A stretch of 64,000 nt of DNA from Octopus bimaculoides (lineage: Eukaryota): positions 28,564,641 through 28,628,640 of the forward strand of contig NC_068982.1 of NCBI RefSeq assembly GCF_001194135.2. The letters run 5' to 3'. The position numbers and the translations under genes were made by a program. Shown piece after piece: positions 52,327-64,000 of this stretch (within the stretch, counting starts at the first letter, position 1; every line of letters starts with the position of its first letter). A model generated the notes under the pieces. That model saw only the letters and a list, made by a program, of their open reading frames with translations, was not told where the DNA came from and did no database searches.

Positions 52327-52560
52327 TATTCTGTTGTGTCTGGGGAGAGTCAATTTCTTTTTGTGCCTTATAATTTAACACTCACCGGTAAAATTTCCAT
52401 GTCTTGCAACCTTTTCAATAGTCGAGACTATTCAAAAGGTTGCAAGACGCAACGAAAATTTTAGTAAAATAAAAATAAGGAATAAAGTGGAAATCTTACC
52501 GGTGAGTGTTAAATTATAAGGCACAAAAAGAAAATGACTCTCCCCAGACACAAGAGAATA
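52327..52560. mobile_element. TA-flanked MITE with 71-bp TIRs and an internal 23-bp-stem hairpin
   Basis: 52329-52399 versus the reverse complement of 52488-52558: 3 mismatches. 52401-52423 versus 52426-52448: 1 mismatch. Confidence 0.9.
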
Positions 52561-52616
52561 TGCTTCAACACACAAACTCACATAAAGAATCTTGCAAACC
52601 AAATCCCAAAACGAAA
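52561..52616 (+). mobile_element. 3'-terminal fragment of the hammerhead-bearing repeat, with a 13-bp direct repeat
   Basis: ttcaacacacaaactcacataaagaatcttgcaa matches 48070-48105 and 57307-57341. tattgcttaatta occurs at 52316-52328 and 52617-52629. Confidence 0.65.
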
Positions 52617-52640
52617 TATTGCTTAATTAGTTCGCTGAAT

Positions 52641-52925
52641 TGGCTAAGCGGCGAACTGGTAGTGTTGTTATAGCATCAGAAAGAATACTTCCGGATTTCC
52701 ATCCTTACGCTCTACGTTCAAACCCCAACGAATTCAGCTTTGTCTTTCATCCCCTCGCGGACGATACGAATGTATTAATCGAGAGTCGATTTGACGGAAT
52801 TGTAAAAGCGATCGGCCGGATGAATTGCAGTTTTTGCAAGTCATATATGAGTTCAAATGACGCCATGGCATGGCCTACTTGGGTGGTAAACTTGACCTTT
52901 TGCTCGGTTTATCACCATTACCTGG
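52641..52925 (+). mobile_element. Two degenerate SINE family A copies
   Basis: gcggcgaactggtag...gttcaaaccccaacg and gagttcaaatgacgcc...gacctttgc. Confidence 0.6.
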
Positions 52926-53058
52926 CTTCTTGACTGCCTCTCGTGGTTTACTCTGTTACAAGAAGTGAAGCCATCCCTCCTTGTAAAAGTCATAGGTTTT
53001 GTTTTCCTTCCTGACTAAAAGATAAAAAGAGAAATATCTTAACTGACGAACTATATTT

Positions 53059-53296
53059 CAGTGAGGTAAAATATTTCTATGTATGCTTATATTAATATAT
53101 ATGAATTAAAAATACATAAATTATTTCCAAAACTTTTAAGTACTTTTACTGACTTCCGGTTCGTTGATGTCTGAATATCTCTGGGAAAATATCAGAAGAA
53201 AAAATTGTTGTTTAAAATTATTAAAACATGTGTTTCATTATCCATAGTTTCCTTGTATATATCATCGTATGATCATGTAATTACACACACACACGT
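53059..53296 (+). repeat. Second copy of the 49855-50170 segment
   Basis: Colinear, diverged, with indels. Confidence 0.8.
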
Positions 53297-53384
53297 ATGC
53301 ATGGGTGCATACGTACTCTTAACGTAATTCCCAAGCAAATCCAGCTTGACACGTCTAGCAAGGCTGTATCTTAGCGCCAAAGGC

Positions 53385-53545
53385 ATATAGAAGCTGACAG
53401 GTTTTTATACAATTTCCATCTAGTTATTTTTGTCACATAGAACGGATGGGCTGAGGTTATAGGCAATGGTATTTGCCCGAAATACTCGAAGATTTTCGAT
53501 TCAGAGACCACGTGGCTGGACGCGAAATTCTTAATCAAACGGCCT
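53385..53545 (-). mobile_element. Degenerate SINE family B head
   Basis: Reverse complement begins ggccgtttgattaagaatttcgcgtccagccacgtggtctctgaatcg and continues to cttcgggcaaataccattgcctataacctcagccc. Confidence 0.5.
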
Positions 53546-53821
53546 GTCTGCATACATGCATACATACACACACACACATACATACATACATGCATATGTG
53601 CGTATGTGTATATATGTGTGTATGTATACATACACATATATGTATATTTATACGAACATATATATATGTGAGATATAAATATATATGTATGTATATATGA
53701 TATATATNNNNNNNNNNNNNNNNNNNNNNNNNNNNNNNNNNNNNNNNNNNNNNNNNNNNNNNNNNNNNNNNNNNNNNNNNNNNNNNNNNNNNNNNNNNNN
53801 NNNNNNNNNNNNNNNNNNNNN

Positions 53822-54067
53822 GACGAATGCTGCCGTTGATTAGCTCCAGGAGGCTATCGCCTCTAGCTAGCTATGTGACACACAAACCTGTGCCCATTAC
53901 AACCTTCGAACAGGGGAGGTCAGCAGCTTCCCCTTGCTGGTTCAACATCCATCAAAGAGAAGCTGCTGACCTCCCCTGTTCGAAGGTTGTAATGGACACA
54001 GGTTTGTGTGTCACATAGCAAGCTAGAGGTGATAGCCTCCTGGAGCTAATCAACGACAGCATTCGTC
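53822..54067. mobile_element. Near-perfect palindrome (109-bp arms, 28-nt loop); MITE or fold-back element
   Basis: 53822-53930 versus the reverse complement of 53959-54067 shows only a few mismatches. The left end is lost in the gap. Confidence 0.9.
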
Positions 54068-54716
54068 CTATTTTCCTGGACTGCCATGTAAGCTTCGCGA
54101 TAACTATTAATATCCAGTACTGCTGCCGCGGTCTCCTTTAGAGAGATTTAGAAATATTATTATATATATATATGTACAGTATTATGTAAGAGTGTGCGTG
54201 CGTGCGGGTGTGCATGTGTGAGTGCGTGCGTGCGTAAATATATTATCATTCGAAGATATGTATCGTTCCAATTAATGTTTTCAGGAAACAGATTAATAGA
54301 GTGCTGTAACTGAATCTTAAGTAATTCTCATATTTAACTGTTTATACACATATAACTTACTGCCTACCTTGCCAGGTTACTTGTCAGCTACCTACCTACC
54401 TAGCTACCTGCCTACTTACTCTTATATCTACAACATCAGCTAGTCAGACGTAGAAGAAGAAGCCAATAAATTGTCCTTACGAGATTTCTCATGCGGCGAG
54501 AAATAACAACCACATTTTCTTGACATCACACTCATATCGTCTTGAAGAAGGGAAGAATACGGTAGATAATACACTTCTAAACACACAACTAAAAGACGAT
54601 GGGTGTGCGACCAGAATACTTTTGATCTTTGGTGTAAATCACCATGGCTGACCTAGGGCTAAAATCAATATGGTACATAGGTACATAGGCTGACTGATGC
54701 TTTGGCTTCTATCTAC

Positions 54717-54761
<45 letters not shown>

Positions 54762-55142
54762 AGCATAGTTGTTTAGCTGTCTATTTATATCTACCTTTTT
54801 TATATATGCTTATAGCTTTAAGGTAAGACTTGAACGATGAATCCAGTGACTGTGCCCACAAGAGGCAACCATCTATACCCAATTAATTCGTCTAACAGAA
54901 TAAGTCATCAATGGCTTGTTAATAGGTTCATCCATTTATCCTTTCAATAATGTTTGCATTGGAATGAAAGTGTATACTGAAGTCTGTTTTTGTTTCACGT
55001 TATATAAAATCTTCTACTCGGCTGTTCAATAAACCATAATAAAAGCATACCGTCTTTACATATTAAAACCATTGTTTCAGCAAATCACTTTCTGTATCAT
55101 GTTTCTTGGTACTCGAGCGCTACTCCACTAAATATCAACCCA

Positions 55143-55217
<75 letters not shown>

Positions 55218-56425
55218 ATGGTATCTTTCTTTGTCATTTATACCCTCACTTCTGCCTTCTTTTCCTGTACTACCCTTTATTTCAGATTTACTCATAAGCT
55301 TTTCTCGTCGTTCTTTCCCGTTTTCATTGAATTTCATTGGGGTTCTACTGTTGTTTTTATCAAGATACGCCAATGCCAGAATGAAACTAGACCTTGTGAA
55401 ACTTTCATATGCTGCAATCAAATTGTCTGTTAATGTTACAGAAATAACATCATTCCGTCATTCTATTGTAAACCCAGAAATATCGTTATAGGGTGTCTTT
55501 GTTCTTATTTTGAACTAAGATGATATCTGATCACTGATAAAGAAACAGGAAACTTCTTTTCAAATAAAACATTCCTATGGGGGTCTTCTAATGTCCCATA
55601 TGAACTCTAGAACACAGAGTTAGTACACCCATATATCTTATATTCTTCTATGATTCCTTAGAGATTTAAAAATTTATATCAAGGCTGATGACAGCAACTT
55701 CCTTCTGCTTTTACTAATTTCTTTCTTTAGTTTCCGGGCGGGGTTAGTAACTGGTTCTGTTGATCATACAGACATTTTGAGGGAGTTATATTTTAACAAT
55801 ATAAAATTAGTAAGCAAGTAGTAAAGTGGGATTTGTGTTGAAAAAGATCAAAAAATAATAAAATAAAACTGCTACATCAGCAGCTTGGTGTTCCAAAAGA
55901 TTTAGCTTGTAAACTAAATAAATAGAAATGCAACGCAAACTCAATCCTCGGCCAATAAACTATGTAACCAGTAAAGAACAGGTTGACTGACTCAAACTTA
56001 CAAATCCTCGGTAGATTTATGATCTAGTGCCTCCATATGAGGAAACACGTGAACAAGCACGCACACACAAACAGATACGTACATACACACACTCACATAT
56101 AGATCTTACATTTATGTGTCTCCTTGCCAGCGTATAAGTATAAATTCAAAAGCATATGAATTGCATTTATGCTAATATTTTTGGTGAAATGTTGATGAGC
56201 TGGTCTAAATATTTATTTAATGAATCATTATATTTCAAAACCCTGCCAATATTTATAATTACCAACCAGATAAGAAAGGTACAAATAAATGTACCTCTAG
56301 GGAACCCTGTTTTTTCAAACAGGGTGTTGTCAAAAGTTGTTTTTTTGTGTTTTCTTTAAGAAGAGGTTATTAAGAAAATTAGATATAAAAATACGAAGCA
56401 CATTTGAGAAGATTTGAGACTTGTT

Positions 56426-56998
56426 TATGAGAGGCAGTTATAACTGGCCTAGATTATTGTAGTTTTAGTATATCATTACAATATATCTAATAAGCTGACC
56501 TGCCAACTGTTTGTTTTATTCCAGACTAAAGCATTTTGAGCAGACCCTGATAAACACGTTTGACGCAGCTAATTCCTTTGAAGAATGCAATCGAAACATG
56601 AAAATAATTTGGAAGCATGCAACGCAATAAAATTTTGCGTTAAACAGAAATTTATGAAATGCTCCAGACAACTTATAGATGAACTTGCATGAGCCGAGCA
56701 TCTGTTTTTCACTGATACAAGATGTTCATTAGAGCTGATTGAGAACGTTCGCAATTTTCTGGATGAAAATTGGCCACACAGTCAACGAAGAGTATATTGT
56801 CAACGAAGATGTGCTGGACAACTTCAATCTGGTGGACCTACATGGGGCGTTCACGAAGTGCTGAAGTGCTACAACAAGCGCATTGAAGTCATAGGACCTT
56901 ATTTTGAAGGAGATTAGTTTTGTATTTCTTTGAAATTAATAAACATCTCTCCGGAACATGTATTAACAGAGGATATAGATGATACAGACACTCCCTAT
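56426..56998 (+). mobile_element. Internally deleted mariner (Mos1-like) element; ends approximate
   Basis: HTH remnant LEACNAIKFCVK../EIYEMLQTTY..CMSRASVFH*YKMF fused to the C-terminal remnant CYNKRIEVIGPYFEGD*. Confidence 0.8.
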
Positions 56999-56999
56999 A

Positions 57000-57345
57000 C
57001 ACACACATGCACTTACAAAAACATAGACACATTGAAGGATACGTATGCGTAGACACATACAATAGGAATAGGAATAGAAAATACAAAATGGTTGATAGTT
57101 AGCAAGGTGAGACACACATAAGAAAGAAGAAAGCAAAGGACCACTGATGAGGTCACAGAAGTGTGACGAAAGAACTCTGGCCGAAATAGGATTAATGTAA
57201 TATAATGTAATATAAAGCTAAAGCAAATTAACACCAAATATACAGTGCGTGTGTTTTTATTGGCTAAACTGGCAATATTACCATCCCCAAGTACAACCAC
57301 ATCTGTTTCAACACACGCTTTCACATCAAAAATCTTGCAAAACAA
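57000..57345 (+). mobile_element. Hammerhead-bearing dispersed repeat, copy 2
   Basis: Colinear with 47755-48105; ends at (TA)n/gap. Confidence 0.7.
57138..57182 (+). ncRNA. Minimal type-I hammerhead ribozyme with near-intact core; predicted cleavage after C57177
   Basis: GGACCA-CUGAUGA-G-GUCACA(GAAG)UGUGAC-GAAA-G(AA)C-UC^UGGCC: stem I (5 bp plus bulged A), 6-bp stem II, 2-bp stem III, UC cleavage site, one extra nt after A9. Confidence 0.75.
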
Positions 57346-57516
57346 ATATATATATATATATATANNNNNNNNNNNNNNNNNNNNNNNNNNNNNNNNNNNN
57401 NNNNNNNNNNNNNNNNNNNNNNNNNNNNNNNNATATATATTAAACACACACACACACACACATACATATATATTAATTGATGGTGAGTTCGGCTTGCAAT
57501 ATAGTAATTCATCTTG

Positions 57517-57574
<58 letters not shown>

Positions 57575-57924
57575 GAATATTGATAAGATATTTTCCTCCG
57601 TTATATGATGAAGCAGCAGATATAAGAACGAAACAGAAATATCTTGGAAAATATGTTGTCGTCGTCTTAATGTCCCTAGTCATTTTTTCTATACGTTTAT
57701 TTTTCATTAAATACATTGTTAAAGTTAAGCACAGTGGAAATCTACTTGAAAATGTTACTCATTAAATATGTTTTGTATTGGATTCTAAACTACTTTTTCT
57801 AAAAGCCATAATAATACAGAGTTGTCCTAAAAATCTAAAATTTCGTTCATTACAAGAGATTATCCGATTTTTCATGAGATTTTTTTTACCGGTATCGAAT
57901 TCAGCGCATTATTTATGTACTATA

Positions 57925-58350
57925 AGGTGGCGAGCTGTCTGAATCGTTTCCATGTCGGTACAAAATGCTTGGTGGTAATTCTTCAGGCTTTACGTTCTGA
58001 GTTCAAATTCTACCGAGGTCGACCTTACCTTTCATTCTTTCGGAGTCGATGAAATATCATAAATGCCAGTTGATCACAGAGGTGTATGTAATAAATTAGC
58101 CACCTCTCCAAAAATTTCAAGTTTGGCGCCTAAAGTAAAAAGAATTATTTATTTACTGTCTAATCAAATGCTTTGCGGGCGGCATTTCTTCCAGTTCGTT
58201 CTGTTCTGGGTTCAAATTCCGCCGAAGTCGATTTACCTTTCATCCTTTCAAGGTCGAAGAAATAAGTACCAGTTCAATACTTGGGTTGGTGTAATCAATT
58301 TATTCCCTCTCAAATAATTGCTGGCATTGTGCCAAAATTTGAAACCGTTA
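57925..58350 (+). mobile_element. Two tandem SINE family A copies (57925-58142, about 58170-58350)
   Basis: ggtggcgagctgtctgaatcg...ctgagttcaaattctaccgagg and gggttcaaattccgccgaagtcg...gctggcattgtgccaaaatttgaaacc. Confidence 0.82.
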
Positions 58351-58935
58351 TTTATGTACTGTCTTAAAAATAAACATCTTTCAAGTTTACTGGAATTATT
58401 AACTTATTATAGAGAATATAAATAGATTTTAAAAACTCTTAATACGTCCAACAATATTCCCGTAAAACATGTTAAATTTAATTATATCGACTCGATTAAA
58501 GCTTACGCTATTCCATTTCTCGGAAAGACTAAACATACTTGAAAGCTAAACAGTTATTCCATACATCGGTAGGTGCACACTTGTTATATGCATTCACAAA
58601 GCAAATTAAAACGACGTTCAAAGCATGCTCCTTTCTTGCACAAATTCGCCCACCAAAAGTGACCTCCTCTAACCACTATTCCTCTGCCAGTTATCTACCA
58701 GGCCCCTAATCAACTCATATCTTCATGCGTCGGACTATCAATATTTTGCCAAACTTTTTTCATCCTTCAGGAGCTCCATATACATACGTTTTCTGCACGC
58801 CTGTTAACGTACAATTTTAGCAGGACGTTAACCAAATAAACTTAATAGTCATATATTTTTTCAATTAGAAGAAGCCGGAACAAATTTAGAATTTCATTTC
58901 TCGTTTTTATACACAAAGACACACACACACACATG

Positions 58936-58976
<41 letters not shown>

Positions 58977-58988
58977 CATACTACCTAC

Positions 58989-59036
58989 CTTGTCAGTGAT
59001 CAATGATACTGATAAAGTACAATAATGTTGGTTAAC
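58989..59036 (-). other. Candidate 48-nt exon (VNQHYCTLSVSLITDK if coding)
   Basis: Acceptor tttgctatatttatttgtag| and donor AAG|gtaggt; only the phase 0-0 frame is open. Confidence 0.3.
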
Positions 59037-60846
59037 CTACAAATAAATATAGCAAATCAAACTATTTTTCGGAAGATTTTTCAATCTTTATTGCAGTTAC
59101 ATCGCAGGTGTCTACATCATTTGATTAATCACATTGCAACAAGTGGGCAGTTCATTGATATGTTCATAAAATCTAGTAGATTCCGAGATGTGGGTCCACT
59201 AATTTGCATACTACAAACGTTTAACATTTTATTTAATATCCGAAACTTCGCCAATGGGATGTGCATGTATACACGCTCACATACACACGCTTGTGGTCTT
59301 CTTTATTTCATTATATTCTCTCATTCTCTAAATAATTGACAGACCGCAAAAAGGCTACTATGCAATTTGACACAAAAATAAATAGTTTCTAACGAAATGT
59401 ACATCCTTATATTCCTTGCGGTTATCTCCAAATACAAAAGCATAGATGATGGGAGGTAAGGATTCTGATGAAAATAACATCCGTCTCAGGAATGTAATAT
59501 TTTTTATCGAAAATACACTGTTTATTTACCGCGGTTATGTTAACTAAAACACACTGAAATTAGGTCTACTGACAGTCAGAATGAAAAAACAGCAGTAGGT
59601 TTGTTCTAGCTACACACATTGAGGCTAAAAGTTGAAAAACCTTGTTCCTACGAGCCGAAACATATTCTGTGCTCTTGTTGAAATGTAGTCATACATTAAA
59701 AAGTAATAGTGTATAAAACATGTATACTATTTTTTAAAAAAAGCGTTTTTCGAATAAATAGACTGAAAAGTATTCAATATTATTTGTTTCAATATTCACT
59801 GTTATTGTTATTGCTATGACATAAAAACAGTCAGTTAAGTAATTCGTTCGTAAAGCACCGCTACTTTCGTTCGTGCTTCGTCTTTTGTTTCACGAATGTT
59901 TTTATCCTTCGCCGATTTATATCGGTGAAACGCAAACGCATGCGTACATGCACACCACCACCACCACCACACAGGCACGCACGCACGCTATGAACTTCCG
60001 CATAGTTTTCCACTTACAAGGTATGTATTAATAAAAGTAATAGTAAAAGACACTTGGCCTATGTACTATGTGATAGGATAACAGCCAGACCCACGTAGTT
60101 GCGAAGCGAACTCTTTAAGCACACACAGCATGGCTACATTAATACTACATACCTCCCAGCTAGGAAAATACAGCGTCCGTAGAGGAATTTGACGGGAACA
60201 TACATACGAAGCATAAATAGTTCAAACGAAAGTTTAGGTACGTAATCCAACAGAGTATGTTTCCTTAGTGTGAGATGGAAGTTGCTGAAACAGCATTTTC
60301 TTTTGCTAACATCCTGTCTAATACGCCCACATGGACACAGAAATATACGCAGACATACATACAGATACGTTATATAAAAATCATACATGCACATGTGAGT
60401 ATATATATATATACACTTATGAACAAAGTCTTTTCTCTAATTCAAGTTAGATAAAAGATTTCTCATAAAAATTTCGTGGATCCGATATCAATTTGGTATT
60501 TATCTACGGTGGTACTGTTACCTATTATTGCTGACGGGTGTAGAAGGGTTTCATAAAATGCAATGGAAGAATCTAAAATTGCCAAGTTACAATAACTAAA
60601 CGTAAAATGATACTGGGAAATATACGCACTTTAGAAATAAACAACTTGAAATATCACAGCTCGAATAAAATTTGGTTGTATTGTTCAGACTATTCAGAAT
60701 TCCTAGTAAAAAATTGAAGAAATTTTCAATAAAAATATTTGGAAAATTATTCACTGAGAAGTTATGTATAGTATTACAGGTACTAATGTAATACTTGATG
60801 TTGAGAAATGAACATAAAAAAAATATAAACATTGAAAAAGAATATT

Positions 60847-61060
60847 CACTGGTACTCTAGGTACAAGGCCTGAAAATTTGGGGGAGGGGGTCAGTTGATT
60901 ATATCGACCCCAGTACACAATTAGTACTTAATTTATCGACCCCAAAAGGATGAGAAGGAAACTTAACGCGGCGAAATTTGAACTCAGAACATAAAGACAG
61001 ACGAAATAGTGCTAAGCATTTCGCCCGGCGTGCTAACGTTTCTGCCAGCTCGCCGCCTTA
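60847..61060 (-). mobile_element. SINE family A, full length
   Basis: 16-bp TSD attgaaaaagaatatt (60831-60846) / attgaaagagaatatt (61061-61076). Confidence 0.92.
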
Positions 61061-62849
61061 ATTGAAAGAGAATATTACAAAGACGAATGATCAAAACCGT
61101 GTTGGTCTTTGGGCATACTCAGTGAATTTGTACTGATACGTTAAACTAAATACAATAAATGATTGTTCATTTATGCTCATGTTATATCTGTTCTCCTGGA
61201 GTTAGTCTTATTTAAAATGTCTTATGACACGAATGAAGTGTTCTGACAAAATGAGAAAATATGTCTTTACTATGCATGAGAGGTTATCATAAACAGTAAG
61301 ATCGAGCATTTACAAGAAGTGTTATAGATTTTTGTCATTTCTTTCTTCACACATGCTGGAGGGGATTATCCTGAGGGTACGTTTTTTTTTTTAGATGTGT
61401 AATGTTTGTGTATTTGGTGTTGTATAAGTTTAAGACGAACATTTTATTCTGTAGTTACAATTGGTAGAGAATAAATACGTCTACTGAAATGTGCTTCAGT
61501 TGCGATCATATTAAGTTTGAATGTAGAAGAAGAGTAGTATGGTGTTATTTGGATAGGAATGTATAACATTAGAAGTAACTTAATAGGCTGTTAATTTAGA
61601 GAAACAGGGAGGGGAAAATATAAACGAGTACTAAAATTATCCCCATTTGATTGTATACGAGAGTAGAGCGCACACTTGTTAACATATTTTACGATAGCGA
61701 GACTTGACAGGAAGCTTCCGAGCCAAGTTATTAGTGGAGCTATAATTGACAAAGATACCAGAGATTTATCATATTTTGAAAGCTCTTTCATCAAGTTTTC
61801 AAGGGTAAGATACTATTATTATAGAACGTAATAAACAAAGTATATATGAATATGGTCCTGAAGAAGCCTTAATAGAAAATCATTTACAACGCTGAAAGAT
61901 TCGAGAGAGCAATGTGGTTGTTTGTTTATAATTTTTCACATTGTTTTGTAAATGGAAACGATGAGCTTTATTAGGTTCAAAGTAACTCGCTGATAAAGGT
62001 TTCCTTCCTTGGAAACAGGACAAAGTATTGCAAGGTCACAATGGACAAACTTTTGCAAGGTGTTGAAATTATAAACTGCAAACTTTGAGTGGCTTGACTT
62101 AGAGAAATTTTCTTATCTTTCAATTCGACTTGTTGCAAAGAGATCTGAATGGGGGAAGAGATCATGATGGAAATGATTGATGCCTGCAGAGAGAAGTTGA
62201 GGGTAAATGCTCCACTAGTATTAAGATTTTTTCGGCAGATTTATTACTTACAAGGTCGTTTGAATTGATGAGTAGGTGGTACAGCATCAGAAAGCAATTC
62301 TAAAACTGCTTAGAATACAGAGCTAGCTAGTCTCACATTGCAAGAAAGCATTCTTTTTTGTAGACACACTGCGGCTTTAGTGCTGGTGCTATTGATCTAG
62401 TTTTTCATACATTTTCTATTAGTCTCGTAGGATGACTCAGACAAAGAGAACAAAATCCTGAATTTGCTTTTATCTTCTACACAAATCACTACCGGGATAA
62501 TTCCAAGCTGAGTTCGGAGTGGAAGCTATTCTAAGGCTGAAGGGAACATGAAACAATGTCTTGTAGCTTCTAAAAGGATGATGTCTCGATGTGGTTCCAC
62601 TGATTGACGCCTTAAAAGTATCTTGCTAACGAGCCCTTAGTCAAAAGTATTTCCCATCGATAATGTATAAATGACTCTACTGTATGTATTTAGTACCTCA
62701 ATCTGGAAAAAACGGCTGGCAAATATACTCTGCTGTAATCAAACTGTACTGTTTTAAATAAAGAACAATTTATCAGTATACTGGGGCGTTTCTCCGTCAT
62801 TTAACGATGAAGATGCAGTTGTTTGAGCAACTGTTCCTGAATTAACGTG

Positions 62850-63101
62850 TAGGTGGTTAAGTATTCCACAACTTTTTATTTAAATCTCAGTGAGAATCAG
62901 CGTGACACAGTGTGTGATAAGAACGTACCTTTTGAATTACGGCTACAATTCCTTTGACGAGCTTGTAATTTCTGTGTACCCAATTTCACTTGCAAGGAAT
63001 GGGTGACTTGAAGTTGTAGAAAATTAGTTATGATATCACGCCATGGGATTGAGACCATGGTTTCATGCTTTCAAAGAAGGTTTCTTAACCATTTGGCCAT
63101 A
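62850..63101 (-). mobile_element. Degenerate family C-like SINE
   Basis: tcagcgtgacacagtgtg...ctttgaattac matches the reverse complement of 6110-6155; tRNA-like head at 63035-63101. Confidence 0.5.
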
Positions 63102-64000
63102 CTACACCAGCCCAGCAATCCTACGCTATGTAGATATTACAATTCCAAAAATTTAGAAGTCATTATATAAATATATTTTTCATGTTTCCATTTTATTTCT
63201 TCTTTCTCCTTAGGTGTGTGCTGTTTGTTTTTTAAAGTCCCACTGTTTCTATGTTCTTTAAACTGTGTGTAGGAGAATAATCAAACTACCTGAAATGTTA
63301 AAATTTCTTTTTTATGTTTTATATTGTTATATTTAGAATCTACGAAAATAGATGTTAGAACCGACTGCGATTAGTCAACTTTACTTGAAAGTTAAAGTTT
63401 ACGTTGATGTTATTTTGTTTATGGAGAATGCTGAGTAGTTAATTATTCACAGGTTTTCTGGGCAGATATAAACATTAATTCTTAAAAGCCTTTACAATTT
63501 AAAGTTTTGTAAAAGAAAAGCAAAATAAAACAATGAAACAAAAAACGTGTTAGTACTTTCTTGCACGACTTTACTGGGAGCAATCTCTGTCCGCGTTTTG
63601 TTGTAACACAAAATGAAAACACAAAATTTTTCGCCTGTTTCAGTGAAGCATTGGACAAACAAAAATGCAAATGATAAACATATGCAAAAAACCCCATGCA
63701 TCCGTATGCCTTATATTTAAAGTATCATATATAGGCAACATTTTTTGCTTTTTCGAGTTGCATATGGCTTACTTATATTGGTTAGTTTAGGCAGCTGATA
63801 ATTCTTACTCGCAAGTTCTTCTTCAATGTTAAGAGTAAAAGCAGCCGCTCGGAAAGTTTAAGAATCATAGCTAAATCTAGGGTATTTATTGCTTGAAACA
63901 GCTAAAAAACAAACAAACAAACAAACAAACAAAAACAGACGCTTATAAGAGTATATGAAATTCCTGTTTTAAAAAAATCTCAATAGCACATAGAGGTACT

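Noticed and set aside
55280-55560. Degenerate APE endonuclease on the minus strand (DIILVQ...IAAY...)
   Set aside because: Needs a frameshift and a stop read-through, and the catalytic motifs are not convincing.
61590-62800. Coding-like stretch (MMKELSKYDK..., DLFAT motif suggesting a DIRS element)
   Set aside because: Stops occur in all frames, there is no coherent domain and no matched splice sites; it may be a decayed element, but I cannot support a call.

Overview
AT-rich, microsatellite-dense eukaryotic DNA with 13 N-gaps. The SINE families and repeat style suggest an octopus or other coleoid cephalopod scaffold; this is recognition of repeat families, not a database result. The window is mostly intronic or intergenic. 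No complete protein-coding gene, rRNA, true tRNA or CRISPR array can be supported, and most ORF-track entries are microsatellite or gap artefacts. Supported content: more than 30 tRNA-derived SINE copies of about four families, several with clear TSDs; two 5'-truncated RLE-type (R2/R4-like) LINEs embedded in (AAT)n and (CATA)n arrays; CR1/L2-like LINE ends; a hAT (Buster/Charlie-like) deletion derivative with an 8-bp TSD; mariner-type MITEs and a deleted mariner; several fold-back palindromes; and one good orphan coding exon (minus strand, 9842-10008) plus weaker exon candidates. The most notable observation is a dispersed repeat of about 350 bp (47755-48105, 57000-57345, fragment 52561-52616). 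It carries a minimal type-I hammerhead ribozyme motif, near-intact at 57138-57182 and core-mutated at 47917-47961, as expected for Penelope-like or retrozyme elements. Also notable are three inverted duplications centred on microsatellites and a SINE/LINE pair sharing a 3' tail, lying side by side.
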